Shown piece after piece: positions 27,533-37,219 of a DNA stretch of 50,821 nucleotides. How positions within the stretch are numbered: the first letter of the stretch is position 1; each line of letters starts with the position of its first letter. A program made the translations under genes and the position numbers. Location: the NCBI GenBank assembly GCA_964433085.1, contig CAYSQB010000005.1:1-50821 (forward strand). Reading direction: 5' to 3'. The notes below the pieces were generated by a model. The model had not been told where the DNA came from, searched no databases, and worked only from the letters and a program-made list of their open reading frames with translations. The DNA is from an uncultured bacterium (lineage in GTDB: Bacteria > Fidelibacterota > Marinisomatia > Marinisomatales > AB-629-J13).

Positions 27533-30500
27533 ATTCGTTCATTTGCATAACCATTCTGACTACAGCCTTCTAGATGGTGCTCAGCCCATTAGGCAAATGA
27601 TAAGTCATACGGAAGAACTGGGGATGAATTCTATTGCGTTAACCGATCACGGAAATATGTTTGGTGCGGTAGATTTTTATATTCAGTGTGAACGAAAAGG
27701 GATAAAACCGATTGTCGGTATGGAAGCTTATATTGTTGGGAAGGGAAGTCATACAATTAAACAGGCAGCTCAAGAGCACCGCCAGCGGACATATCATATT
27801 ATACTTTTGTGTAAAAACAATGAAGGATATAAAAATCTAATAAAACTGACCTCTGCGTCTTTTATAGATGGGTTTTATTATAAACCACGAATAGATAAGA
27901 ATCTGTTAACAAAACATTCAGAAGGCCTTATTGGACTCTCTGCCTGTTTGAATGGTGAGATAACCAGCCTTCATCTTAATGGGAAAGATTTTGAAGCTCA
28001 GCGTGTTATTGAAGAATATGTTGATATTTTCGGAAAAGATAATTTTTTTATTGAGATTCAGCGCCATGGTATGAAAGAAGATTACGCATACGAAAAGAAC
28101 TTGGAATTGGCTAAACATATGGGGATTAAATACGTTGCAACCAATGACGTCCATTATACTCGAAAAAAGCACTGGAGTTCGCATGATATACTCATTTGTC
28201 TTCAGAGCAATCATTTTCAAAGTGATGTAAAAAGAATGAGATATGAGAGAGGGGAGTTTTATCTCCGTTCTCCTGAAGAAATGAGAAAACTTTTTGATGA
28301 TCTACCGGAAGCCTGCGATACCACCCTTGAAATAGCGGAAAGATGTAATTTGAAAATGAATTTTGATTCATATCATTTGCCAGTGTTTACTATTCCAAAA
28401 GAGTCAAAGGAAAAGGATTCAGATTTATATCTTCGGTCACTATGCATGGATAGTCTTAAATCTTTGTATCCCCAAATAACTACTAGTTTGAAGAAGCGTT
28501 TGAATTATGAACTTTCTACTATAAAGAAGATGGGATTTTCAGGATATTTTTTAATTACTGCTGATTTTGTTAACTATGCGAAAAAGAATCATATTCCCGT
28601 GGGTCCCGGCAGAGGATCTGCTGCTGGAAGTTTAGTTTCTTATGCTCTGGGGATTACCACAATTGACCCTATGAAACATGATTTATTGTTTGAACGATTT
28701 TTGAACCCGGAGCGGGTTAGTCTTCCTGATATTGATATTGATTTCTGCTATGAACGCCGTAGTGAGGTTATTCAATATATCAAGAATAAATATGGCGAGA
28801 AATCTGTAACTCAGATTATTACTTTCGGGAAGATGAAAGCACGACAAGCAGTAAAGGATGTGGGGCGGGTTATGGGGTATCCATTTGGAGAAGTGGATAA
28901 GATTGCAAAGGAAATCCCAGAAGATTTAAACATAACCTTAGAAGGAGCTTTAAAGAAAAGTCCAACATTTAAAAAAATGGCAGAGGATACGTATAAAGAA
29001 TTAATTGAACACTCTCTCAACCTAGAAGGGATAAACCGACACGCATCAACTCATGCAGCGGGGGTAGTCATTGCACCTGGAGAACTCACTGACTTCATTC
29101 CTCTGTATAAATCATCAAAAGGAGATATTACCAGCCAATATGATATGAAAGGTCTGGAAAAATTAGGGTTATTAAAGATGGACTTTCTAGGACTTAGAAA
29201 TCTTACGGTAATCGAGCGGACATTAGAATTGATCGAAAAGAATTATGAAAAGGTTGACATTAAATCTATTCCACTTGATGATAAGGATGTTTACGATCTT
29301 TTTACACGAGGGGTCACCATCGGGATCTTCCAGTTTGAGTCAGCAGGTATGCGAGAGTTTTTAACAAAATTGAAACCCAGTTGTATCGAAGATTTAATTG
29401 CGATGAATGCACTGTACAGACCGGGGCCCATGAGTAATATTGATGATTTTATTAATCGAAAAAAAGGGAAAAAAACAATTGACTATATGCATAATGACCT
29501 AGAACCTATTTTAAAGGAAACCTATGGAATTATTGTTTATCAAGAACAAGTCATGCAGATTGCCAATCAAATTGCGGGATTTTCTCTAGCAGATGCAGAT
29601 CTGATGCGTAGGGCAATGGGTAAAAAGGATGCTACACTCATGAAGCGGATGGAAAGCAATTTTTTAAAAGGAGCCGAGAAAAATAAAATTAATTCCAGAA
29701 AAGCAAAATCTATATTTGCATTGATTGAAAAATTTGCTGAATATGGTTTTAATAAAAGTCACTCAACGGCTTATGCATACATTGCCTATCAAACCGCGTG
29801 GTTGAAAACACATTACCCAGTTGAATTCATGTCTGCAAACTTGACAAGTTTTATGTCAGATATAAACCGAGTTGTCCGACTTATTAATGAATGTAGAAAA
29901 TTAAACATTCAAGTTCATGCACCAGATTTAAATATATCAGAAATCGATTTTCAACCTCTTGACAATCAAAGTATTTCATATGGATTGAATGCCATAAAAA
30001 ATGTAGGCTCATCTGCGCTAAAAAGTATTATTTCTGAGAGAAAAGAAAAAGGGGAGTTTAAATCGATTTTCGATTTTTGTTCTCGAGTGGAATCTACATC
30101 TATGAACAAAAAAGTGCTTGAAAGTCTAATTAAAGCTGGAGCAATGGATTGCCTACCCGGGAAAAGAGAAGAATTGTATAGCTCTATTGAAAATGTTCTA
30201 AAGTATGGCCATAGCATTCAAAACAACCGTAGTAGAAATCAGGTAGATATCTTTGGCGGAGAAGATGGGAACAGTTCTATGATAAGGGAACCAAAACTGT
30301 ATGAGTGTGAGCCCTGGAGTGAAAAACAATCTCTGACATTCGAAAAGGAAGTGCTTGGTACTTATGTGTCAGGTCACCCTCTGCTAAAATATGCAGATAT
30401 TATTGAAAAATATGCTACCTATGATTTTACTGAGGCTATCCCAACCACTATAAAAAAATCATTCAGGCTGGGGGGAATGATTGATGAGATAAACCGAAAT

Positions 30501-30953
30501 TTTGATAAAAAGGGAAGAGAATGGGCGCGAATCAAAATGGAATGTATAGGAGGAAGGGCAGAAATTATTATTTTTAATGAAAAATTTCTACGGTATAAAG
30601 AAATGATTCATGAAGGGAATATTGTGTTTGTGTCAGGAAATCCAGAAAATAGCTCTGAGATGAGAAATGTTAAAATGTTGGCAGATCATATTGTCCCCCT
30701 AGAAAGAGTTGAAAATCAGTTATCAAAACATTTAAATATATTAATTAATCCTGATTCTGTTTCCACCAAAGCAATTGATGAACTCTATAAAATTGCGGAG
30801 CAGTATCAGGGGGACACGCGATTAGTATTTCATATTCAAAAAAACGGAAGACATCAAAAAATATTGGCACATAATATTAGCGTTTCAACCGACAGTGCAT
30901 TTTTCAATAAACTAAAAAATATATACGGCAGTAAGAATATTTGGATTGAATGA
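27522..30953 (+). CDS. dnaE: DNA polymerase III alpha subunit
   Basis: FVHLHNHSDYSLLDG PHP domain, GPGRGSAAGS, PDIDIDF, YGFNKSH; TTG start with AGGAG RBS. Confidence 0.99.
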   Translation: MGTEFVHLHNHSDYSLLDGAQPIRQMISHTEELGMNSIALTDHGNMFGAVDFYIQCERKGIKPIVGMEAYIVGKGSHTIKQAAQEHRQRTYHIILLCKNNEGYKNLIKLTSASFIDGFYYKPRIDKNLLTKHSEGLIGLSACLNGEITSLHLNGKDFEAQRVIEEYVDIFGKDNFFIEIQRHGMKEDYAYEKNLELAKHMGIKYVATNDVHYTRKKHWSSHDILICLQSNHFQSDVKRMRYERGEFYLRSPEEMRKLFDDLPEACDTTLEIAERCNLKMNFDSYHLPVFTIPKESKEKDSDLYLRSLCMDSLKSLYPQITTSLKKRLNYELSTIKKMGFSGYFLITADFVNYAKKNHIPVGPGRGSAAGSLVSYALGITTIDPMKHDLLFERFLNPERVSLPDIDIDFCYERRSEVIQYIKNKYGEKSVTQIITFGKMKARQAVKDVGRVMGYPFGEVDKIAKEIPEDLNITLEGALKKSPTFKKMAEDTYKELIEHSLNLEGINRHASTHAAGVVIAPGELTDFIPLYKSSKGDITSQYDMKGLEKLGLLKMDFLGLRNLTVIERTLELIEKNYEKVDIKSIPLDDKDVYDLFTRGVTIGIFQFESAGMREFLTKLKPSCIEDLIAMNALYRPGPMSNIDDFINRKKGKKTIDYMHNDLEPILKETYGIIVYQEQVMQIANQIAGFSLADADLMRRAMGKKDATLMKRMESNFLKGAEKNKINSRKAKSIFALIEKFAEYGFNKSHSTAYAYIAYQTAWLKTHYPVEFMSANLTSFMSDINRVVRLINECRKLNIQVHAPDLNISEIDFQPLDNQSISYGLNAIKNVGSSALKSIISERKEKGEFKSIFDFCSRVESTSMNKKVLESLIKAGAMDCLPGKREELYSSIENVLKYGHSIQNNRSRNQVDIFGGEDGNSSMIREPKLYECEPWSEKQSLTFEKEVLGTYVSGHPLLKYADIIEKYATYDFTEAIPTTIKKSFRLGGMIDEINRNFDKKGREWARIKMECIGGRAEIIIFNEKFLRYKEMIHEGNIVFVSGNPENSSEMRNVKMLADHIVPLERVENQLSKHLNILINPDSVSTKAIDELYKIAEQYQGDTRLVFHIQKNGRHQKILAHNISVSTDSAFFNKLKNIYGSKNIWIE

Positions 30954-31405
30954 TTGCAGTATTACAACGCGTTTCAAAAGGAGATGTAACCATTTATGGG
31001 AAGATATGTGGAGCTATCCAAAATGGGCTGGTTATTTTTTTAGGTGTGATGAAGGATGATACAGAGAAGGATGTTGTATTTTTAACGAAAAAAATTTCCG
31101 GATTTAGAATTTTTAATGATGAGAAAGAAAAAATGAATCTTTCCATCAAGGATATTAATGGGTCTATTTTAGTAATAAGTCAATTTACTCTTTGTGGTGA
31201 TTGGAAAAAAGGCCGACGTCCTAGTTTTGTCCGTGCAGCCCCACCAGATAAAGGGGAACAGTTATATGATAAGTTTATTGATCATTTAAGTAAAGAGGAG
31301 ATTCATGTTGAATCTGGGGAATTTGGAGCTACTATGTCAGTTAGTTTGATAAATGAGGGCCCGGCAACTTTCGTTTTTGACAGTAAAATTTATGATAATC
31401 ATTAA
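30950..31405 (+). CDS. dtd: D-aminoacyl-tRNA deacylase
   Basis: VLQRV, RIFND...MNLS, SQFTL, GRRPSF, NEGP. Confidence 0.97.
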   Translation: MIAVLQRVSKGDVTIYGKICGAIQNGLVIFLGVMKDDTEKDVVFLTKKISGFRIFNDEKEKMNLSIKDINGSILVISQFTLCGDWKKGRRPSFVRAAPPDKGEQLYDKFIDHLSKEEIHVESGEFGATMSVSLINEGPATFVFDSKIYDNH

Positions 31406-31473
31406 TTATTGTCATTTTTTCTTTTTGGAAAATCCTGTTGTAATTTTACGGATTAATTATATGAAAGTATTAA

Positions 31474-31878
31474 GTGAAACGTCACATTAGAATTATTATG
31501 GCTAAACCCGGATTAGACGGTCATGACCGCGGGATTAAAGTTTTGGCTTCAGCATACAGGGATGCGGGAATGGAAGTTATTTATTTAGGACTGCGCCAAA
31601 CTCCTGAAATGATTGTTTCCGCAGCATTGCAGGAAGATGCAGATGTCATTGCCCTGTCTAGTTTAAATAATGCTCACATGACCATTTTTCCTAAAGTGAA
31701 AATCCTCATGGATGAAAAAGGGTTATCGGATGTTCTATTGACTGGTGGAGGTATTATTCCAAAGAAAGATATGGAATCTTTACATGCAATTGGAGTCGGA
31801 AAACTATTTGGGCCTGGGACTCCTGTCCAGAATACAATTGATTATATTACAGAGTGGGTGGAAACCAACCGCCGATAA
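31474..31878 (+). CDS. Stand-alone cobalamin-binding subunit (acyl-CoA mutase C-terminal domain)
   Basis: [11 protein letters not shown] (DxHxxG), [18 protein letters not shown]. Confidence 0.93.
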   Translation: MKRHIRIIMAKPGLDGHDRGIKVLASAYRDAGMEVIYLGLRQTPEMIVSAALQEDADVIALSSLNNAHMTIFPKVKILMDEKGLSDVLLTGGGIIPKKDMESLHAIGVGKLFGPGTPVQNTIDYITEWVETNRR

Positions 31879-32504
31879 TGAATTTTTCTAATAGGGGAGA
31901 ATTGGGGGATATTTTTCAAAACCATCCTGAATCAATACTTTTTCCATTGATAGCAGATTCATACTCGATGAACGGAGAATATTCCAAAGCTGAAGAGATA
32001 TGTAAAATAGGTTTAAACCATCATCCTGACCATGCAGATGGGTTGTTTGTATTGGCACAGATCAATATTCAAAAGAAGGATTACAAAACAGCCGAAGGAA
32101 TATTGAAAGATTTATTTAAAACACACACTGTCTATCCAGAAGCACATAACCTCTTAGCAGAAATCCAGGAAAAAATTAACCGTTCCCCAAACACTGTAAA
32201 AATAGCAAAGAAAAAGTATGAACGGTTTGATTATACTACAGCACATCAAAAAACAAAAAAAATATTAACGAGGGAAAAAACAGGGATACAAAATACATCA
32301 CCATCTGTTTCTCCTACCGATTTAAAACCTTTAAAGGTTAGTCCCCAATTAGCAACATTAACATTAGTAAAAATATTAGAAGACCAAGGGCTATATCCCC
32401 AGGCTCTTGAAATTTTGGATATGCTCGGGGAAAAAGAAAATAACAAAAAGAAACTGATAGAATATCGAGACAAAATTTTAAAAAAGTTTCACACAAACAA
32501 ATAA
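31878..32504 (+). CDS. Tetratricopeptide repeat protein
   Basis: LIADSY..NGEYSKAEEIC..GL..HPD, TLTLVKILEDQGLYPQALEI; ATG overlaps the upstream TAA. Confidence 0.75.
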   Translation: MNFSNRGELGDIFQNHPESILFPLIADSYSMNGEYSKAEEICKIGLNHHPDHADGLFVLAQINIQKKDYKTAEGILKDLFKTHTVYPEAHNLLAEIQEKINRSPNTVKIAKKKYERFDYTTAHQKTKKILTREKTGIQNTSPSVSPTDLKPLKVSPQLATLTLVKILEDQGLYPQALEILDMLGEKENNKKKLIEYRDKILKKFHTNK

Positions 32505-32525
32505 CCGAATTTCAATAATATAATA

Positions 32526-33611
32526 ATGGTATCATCTCTGTATTCAAATCGTCAGGAAAAATTAAAGTCCGTACTTGGCGAGCATGGAATAGACGGAATT
32601 TTAATTACAAATTTGACTAATATTTGTTACATCTGTGGTTTTACGGGGTCTTCCGCTACCTGTCTCATTCTTCCGGAGAAGCAATATTTCATTTCTGATG
32701 GAAGATACGCAGAACAATCAAGAGAACAGGTTTCAGGTTTTTCAAGGGTTATAGAAAATTTATCTCATTTAGAGCTGTTGAGTGCAAAAAAGAAAAATCT
32801 GGTTCCAGATGGATTAAAATTAGGATTTGAGGGAGATCATCTTTCTGTTTCTCAATATAATATGATGATTAATTTGTTTCCAAAAACAGATTGGGTGTGC
32901 ACTAAAGGGATTTTGGAAGATATGCAAGCAGTGAAGGATAAGTCTGAATTAAATGCCATACGCACTGCAGTAGAAATTACAGATTCCTGCTATGAAAAAA
33001 TTATTCCGAGAATAAAAGCAGGAATTACAGAGAAAGAAATAGCAAATGAACTTGTCATGTATTATCGACGTCAGGCTGATGGCGAAGCCTACCCACCCAT
33101 TGTTGCGGGGGGCCCAAATGGGGCTCTCCCTCATGCGGTCCCATCGGACCGTGAATTTAAAAAAGGAGATTTTATTGTTATTGATGCTGCAGCAAAATAT
33201 GCTGGTTATCATGCTGATATGACCCGCACTCCAGTACTTGGAGAGGCTACAGATAAACATCGTGAAATTTATGGTATTGTAAGAGAAGCTCAGGAGTCAG
33301 CTGTTTCTCTTGCAAAAGCAGGTGTTTCCTGTAAAGAGCTTGATTCTATTTCTAGAGGTATTATTTCCGAAAGAGGATATGGCAAATATTTTAATCATGG
33401 GACAGGACACGGGTTGGGTCTTGAAATTCATACTCAGCCACGCATTAGTAAATTAAGCGATCAAGTTTTACAGATTAACAATGTGGTTACAGTTGAACCA
33501 GGAATTTATCTCCCAGGATGGGGCGGTGTTCGCATTGAAGATGATATTATCATTGAAGAAAATAGATGTGAAGTTTTAAACACCACTACCAGAGAATTAG
33601 TTGTTTTATAA
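32526..33611 (+). CDS. Xaa-Pro peptidase (M24 family)
   Basis: GFTGS, DGRY, HAVP, YHADMTRT, HGTGHGLGLEIH, TVEPGIY, GVRIEDD. Confidence 0.95.
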   Translation: MVSSLYSNRQEKLKSVLGEHGIDGILITNLTNICYICGFTGSSATCLILPEKQYFISDGRYAEQSREQVSGFSRVIENLSHLELLSAKKKNLVPDGLKLGFEGDHLSVSQYNMMINLFPKTDWVCTKGILEDMQAVKDKSELNAIRTAVEITDSCYEKIIPRIKAGITEKEIANELVMYYRRQADGEAYPPIVAGGPNGALPHAVPSDREFKKGDFIVIDAAAKYAGYHADMTRTPVLGEATDKHREIYGIVREAQESAVSLAKAGVSCKELDSISRGIISERGYGKYFNHGTGHGLGLEIHTQPRISKLSDQVLQINNVVTVEPGIYLPGWGGVRIEDDIIIEENRCEVLNTTTRELVVL

Positions 33612-33634
33612 AATTTTATTTAATCCCATCTTAA

Positions 33635-34270
33635 ATGTTATCAATTAAAACTATCATATTTGATATTGGCGGTGTTTTAATAAATATCCATCCTGAAAAA
33701 ACTCTTAACTTCTTCGAAGATATCACAGAATTGTCTATAAATCAGCTACAAGAATCAATTATTTGGGATATCTATTATCAATATGAAATAGGGAGACTCG
33801 ATGATTTCCAATTTTATAGTGCTATAAATAATTTATTTCCCGAAGATAAAAAAATTTCCGAGGGAGACTTTTGGTGTGGATGGAAACTTTTGTTGGGGGA
33901 ACAGACTAAAGTGGTGAATTTGTTGATAAACTATTATGAGACAATGCCTATCTGGTTGTTATCAAATACGAATCCATGGCATATTCAATATTTGAAATCA
34001 TGCAGTGAATATTATTTTCATAAATTTATTACTGGTGCAATTTACTCTTATGATGTAGGGTACAGAAAACCGGATAAAACAATATACAATTTAACGATGG
34101 AAAAGATTGGGATTTCAGGTGAGGAAATCCTGTTTATAGATGATGATCAAGAAAACGTCAAAGCTGCAAACGAAACAGGAATTAATGCTATTATTTATGA
34201 AGGAATGGAAAAACTAATTGCCTCATTGGCAAAGTTCAAGATATCTGGAAACAATTGTCTGCTAAATTAA
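33635..34270 (+). CDS. HAD-family phosphatase (YihX-like)
   Basis: IIFDIGGVL, LLSNTN, GYRKPD..IY, FIDD..ENV. Confidence 0.9.
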   Translation: MLSIKTIIFDIGGVLINIHPEKTLNFFEDITELSINQLQESIIWDIYYQYEIGRLDDFQFYSAINNLFPEDKKISEGDFWCGWKLLLGEQTKVVNLLINYYETMPIWLLSNTNPWHIQYLKSCSEYYFHKFITGAIYSYDVGYRKPDKTIYNLTMEKIGISGEEILFIDDDQENVKAANETGINAIIYEGMEKLIASLAKFKISGNNCLLN

Positions 34271-34286
34271 AATATTCGAGGAACGG

Positions 34287-35627
34287 ATGAATCAAAATAT
34301 AACCTTAAAACAAATAAAAGAATTTAAAATACAAACTAATTCAAATTCCATATTCCGGCTGGCTAGAAACACAGCTCTAAAAAGTGAGATTGAAGATCTT
34401 GCTATGGACTGGGAATCATTCAGAAAAATTAATCATACATTTTCTGATATCGTATCTGGAGAAATGCCAGTGACAAACCAAAAATCCAGTGGCAGATGTT
34501 GGGGTTTTGCAGGGCTTAATCTCTTTCGTATCTATCTTGGTAGGAAGTATAACCTCAAGAAATTTGAATTCAGCCAAAGCTATTTTATGTTTTGGGATAA
34601 ATTTGAAAAATCCAACTATTTTCTCGAAAACATAATTGCAACTCTAAATGAACCCAGAGACGGGAGACTTATGATGCATCTCGTGTCCAATCCCATCCAA
34701 GATGGTGGGCAGTGGCACATGTTTATCAATCTTATTAATAAATATGGAGTTGTACCTCAAACAGAAATGCCTGAGACTTTTCAGAGTAGTAAGTCAATGA
34801 GGATGAATCGAATGATTACCCGAAAATTGAGAGAATTTTCGAAAACACTTAGAAATGCCAACAAAAAAGGAGCAAGCCTGAGAGAACTTCGTTCTATAAA
34901 AAAAGATATGTTGGGGATCGTATACCGTTTGCTCACAATCCATTTAGGCATGCCACCGGATATATTTGAATGGCAAGTTAGAGATAGAAAAAAAATATTT
35001 CATCGTTTTGAAGGCCTTACACCAAAACGTTTTTTTTTAAATCATGTGCAGCTGGATTTGGATGATTATGTGTGTTTGATCAACTGCCCAATGTCGGATA
35101 AAATCTATAACGAAGTGTATACTGTTAAATATTTAGGTAATGTAATAGGCGGTGAAGACATTAAATATTTGAATTTAGATTCTAAACGCCTTAAGGAAGC
35201 AGCTGTAGCCTCCATCAAAGATGACAACCCAGTATGGTTTGGGTGTGATGTCGGAAAATATTTTCATCGGAAGTTGGGCGTGATGGATATGGATTTATTT
35301 GATTTTGACTTATTTTATGGCACGGATTTCCCAATGACAAAAGCGGATCGCTTGGAATATGGAGATAGTCAAATGACTCACGCCATGTTATTTACTGGTG
35401 TGGATTTAAACTCAAAAATGAAGCCAAGAAAATGGAGGGTTGAAAACAGTTGGGGAAATAAACGAAGCGATAGAGGCTACGATATCATGACGGATAAATG
35501 GTTTGATGAATATAATTATGAGGTTGTGGTTCACAAGAAATATTTAACCAATGAAGAATTAGGAACTTACAAAAAAGAGCCGGTAAAATTACCTCCATGG
35601 GACCCCATGGGGGCATTAGCGAAATAA
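34287..35627 (+). CDS. pepC: Aminopeptidase C / bleomycin hydrolase (peptidase C1B)
   Basis: NQKSSGRCW, DGGQW, VWFGCDV, THAM, WRVENSWG, PWDPMGALA. Confidence 0.96.
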   Translation: MNQNITLKQIKEFKIQTNSNSIFRLARNTALKSEIEDLAMDWESFRKINHTFSDIVSGEMPVTNQKSSGRCWGFAGLNLFRIYLGRKYNLKKFEFSQSYFMFWDKFEKSNYFLENIIATLNEPRDGRLMMHLVSNPIQDGGQWHMFINLINKYGVVPQTEMPETFQSSKSMRMNRMITRKLREFSKTLRNANKKGASLRELRSIKKDMLGIVYRLLTIHLGMPPDIFEWQVRDRKKIFHRFEGLTPKRFFLNHVQLDLDDYVCLINCPMSDKIYNEVYTVKYLGNVIGGEDIKYLNLDSKRLKEAAVASIKDDNPVWFGCDVGKYFHRKLGVMDMDLFDFDLFYGTDFPMTKADRLEYGDSQMTHAMLFTGVDLNSKMKPRKWRVENSWGNKRSDRGYDIMTDKWFDEYNYEVVVHKKYLTNEELGTYKKEPVKLPPWDPMGALAK

Positions 35628-35642
35628 GGGTTTCAAAATCCG

Positions 35643-36788
35643 GTGAAGGATACATTTCTTTTATCTCCTAATGTAACTTTTCTAAACCACGGCTCATTCG
35701 GTGCCTGCCCCAAACCGGTGTTCGAAAAATATCAGTTTTGGCAAAGGGAGCTTGAACGTCAGCCTGTTCAGTTCATGGTTGAGGAAGTTTATAAACATCT
35801 GGAAACTGCGCGGAAAAGGTTGGGAGAACTTGTTGGATGTAACAGTGGTGATTTGATTTTTATCCCAAATCCCACCACAGGATTTACAACGATGACAAAC
35901 TGTCTTTCTTTGAAACCGGGGGATGAAATTCTTTCAACAGACCATGAATACGGGGCGTTGATTCGAGGATGGAACTCCATTAGTAAAAAGACTGGTGCTC
36001 GCTTTATTCAAAGAGAGATCCCCCTCCCCTGCACAACTCATGAAGATTTCACGGAGTATTTCTGTAAAGGGATCACCGAAAAAACAAAAGTAATCTTTAT
36101 CAGTCATATCACGAGTTCTACAGCAATGATTTTTCCAATTCACGAGATTTGTCATCGAGCAAGAGAACGTGGAATTTTCACAATCATAGATGGTGCCCAT
36201 GTCCCTGGTCATATCCCAATCAACATTTTGGATATGGATCCGGATGTATACATAGGGGCCTGTCATAAATGGCTATGTGCACCAAAGGGTTCTTCTTTTC
36301 TCTATGTAAGAAAAACATATCAAGATAAAATGGCACCCCTGATCACTAGCTGGGGAGACGAGGGTAATGACCCTTCGGATTCTTCTTTTTTACTGGAGAA
36401 TCAGTGGCAGGGGACACGAGATATGAGCGCATTTTTGTCTGTTACAGAGGCTATTAAATTTCAACAGAAAAATAATTGGAGCGATTTGACAAAAAAAAGC
36501 AGGTGGCTCGTGCGGGAAACCCGCAGCCGATTGGATGAATATTTTGATTTAATGCATATTTGTCCCAATACGGAAGAATGGATTGGCCAAATGGCAAGTA
36601 TCGAGATAAATATTGATGACCCCATTAAAATTAAAAATGTATTGTTAAAAAATTATTCCATTGAAGTTCCTATTTTTGAATGGAAAGGAAAAACTTTATT
36701 AAGATATTCGATTAATGTGTACAACGACCAGCGGGATATAGATTTACTTATTTATGCGCTGAGAGAGATACCGTCCCTAATTATTTAG
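35643..36788 (+). CDS. Class V PLP enzyme (isopenicillin N epimerase / C-S lyase-like)
   Basis: FLNHGSFGACP, DGAHVPG, CHKWLCAPKG, WQGTRD. Confidence 0.88.
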   Translation: MKDTFLLSPNVTFLNHGSFGACPKPVFEKYQFWQRELERQPVQFMVEEVYKHLETARKRLGELVGCNSGDLIFIPNPTTGFTTMTNCLSLKPGDEILSTDHEYGALIRGWNSISKKTGARFIQREIPLPCTTHEDFTEYFCKGITEKTKVIFISHITSSTAMIFPIHEICHRARERGIFTIIDGAHVPGHIPINILDMDPDVYIGACHKWLCAPKGSSFLYVRKTYQDKMAPLITSWGDEGNDPSDSSFLLENQWQGTRDMSAFLSVTEAIKFQQKNNWSDLTKKSRWLVRETRSRLDEYFDLMHICPNTEEWIGQMASIEINIDDPIKIKNVLLKNYSIEVPIFEWKGKTLLRYSINVYNDQRDIDLLIYALREIPSLII

Positions 36789-36865
36789 TAGATAGGATAA
36801 ATGCGGTTAATGTGTGTCAAGTTTTAATCTAATTCACACCTAAGAACAGCACGTTAATCTAAATT

Positions 36866-37195
36866 TTATATAATACTGTCAATTTTAGCCGCAAGAATAA
36901 AATCGCTATCTGTAAGTCCGTCGATTTTATGTGTCCACAATTTAATACCTACTTTTCCCCAGGCAAGATATATATTGGGGTGATGTCCCTGTTCTTCGGC
37001 TAAAGAGCCAATCCTGTTTGTAATATCAAGAGCGGTCAGAAAATCATTTAATTTCCACTCCTTTTCAAGGTGGTGTTCATCAATCACATTCCAACCATTC
37101 CCCAGCTGATTCTGTAGTGTTTTTAATTTTTTCCCTTTTAAAGGCGGTATCCCTCCTTTGCAGGGGACACATACTCTATTTGTTAATTTGATCAA
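36866..37195 (-). CDS. Pterin-4-alpha-carbinolamine dehydratase
   Basis: CVPCKGG, AEEQGHHP, WTHKIDGLTDSDFILAAKID. Confidence 0.95.
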   Translation of the reverse strand: MIKLTNRVCVPCKGGIPPLKGKKLKTLQNQLGNGWNVIDEHHLEKEWKLNDFLTALDITNRIGSLAEEQGHHPNIYLAWGKVGIKLWTHKIDGLTDSDFILAAKIDSII

Positions 37196-37219
37196 TAAAT
37201 TTTCTCCAGTACCTTATTT

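Noticed and set aside
27522-30953. Intein in DnaE
   Set aside because: Length of 1143 aa is ordinary and no splice-junction or LAGLIDADG-like insert is apparent.
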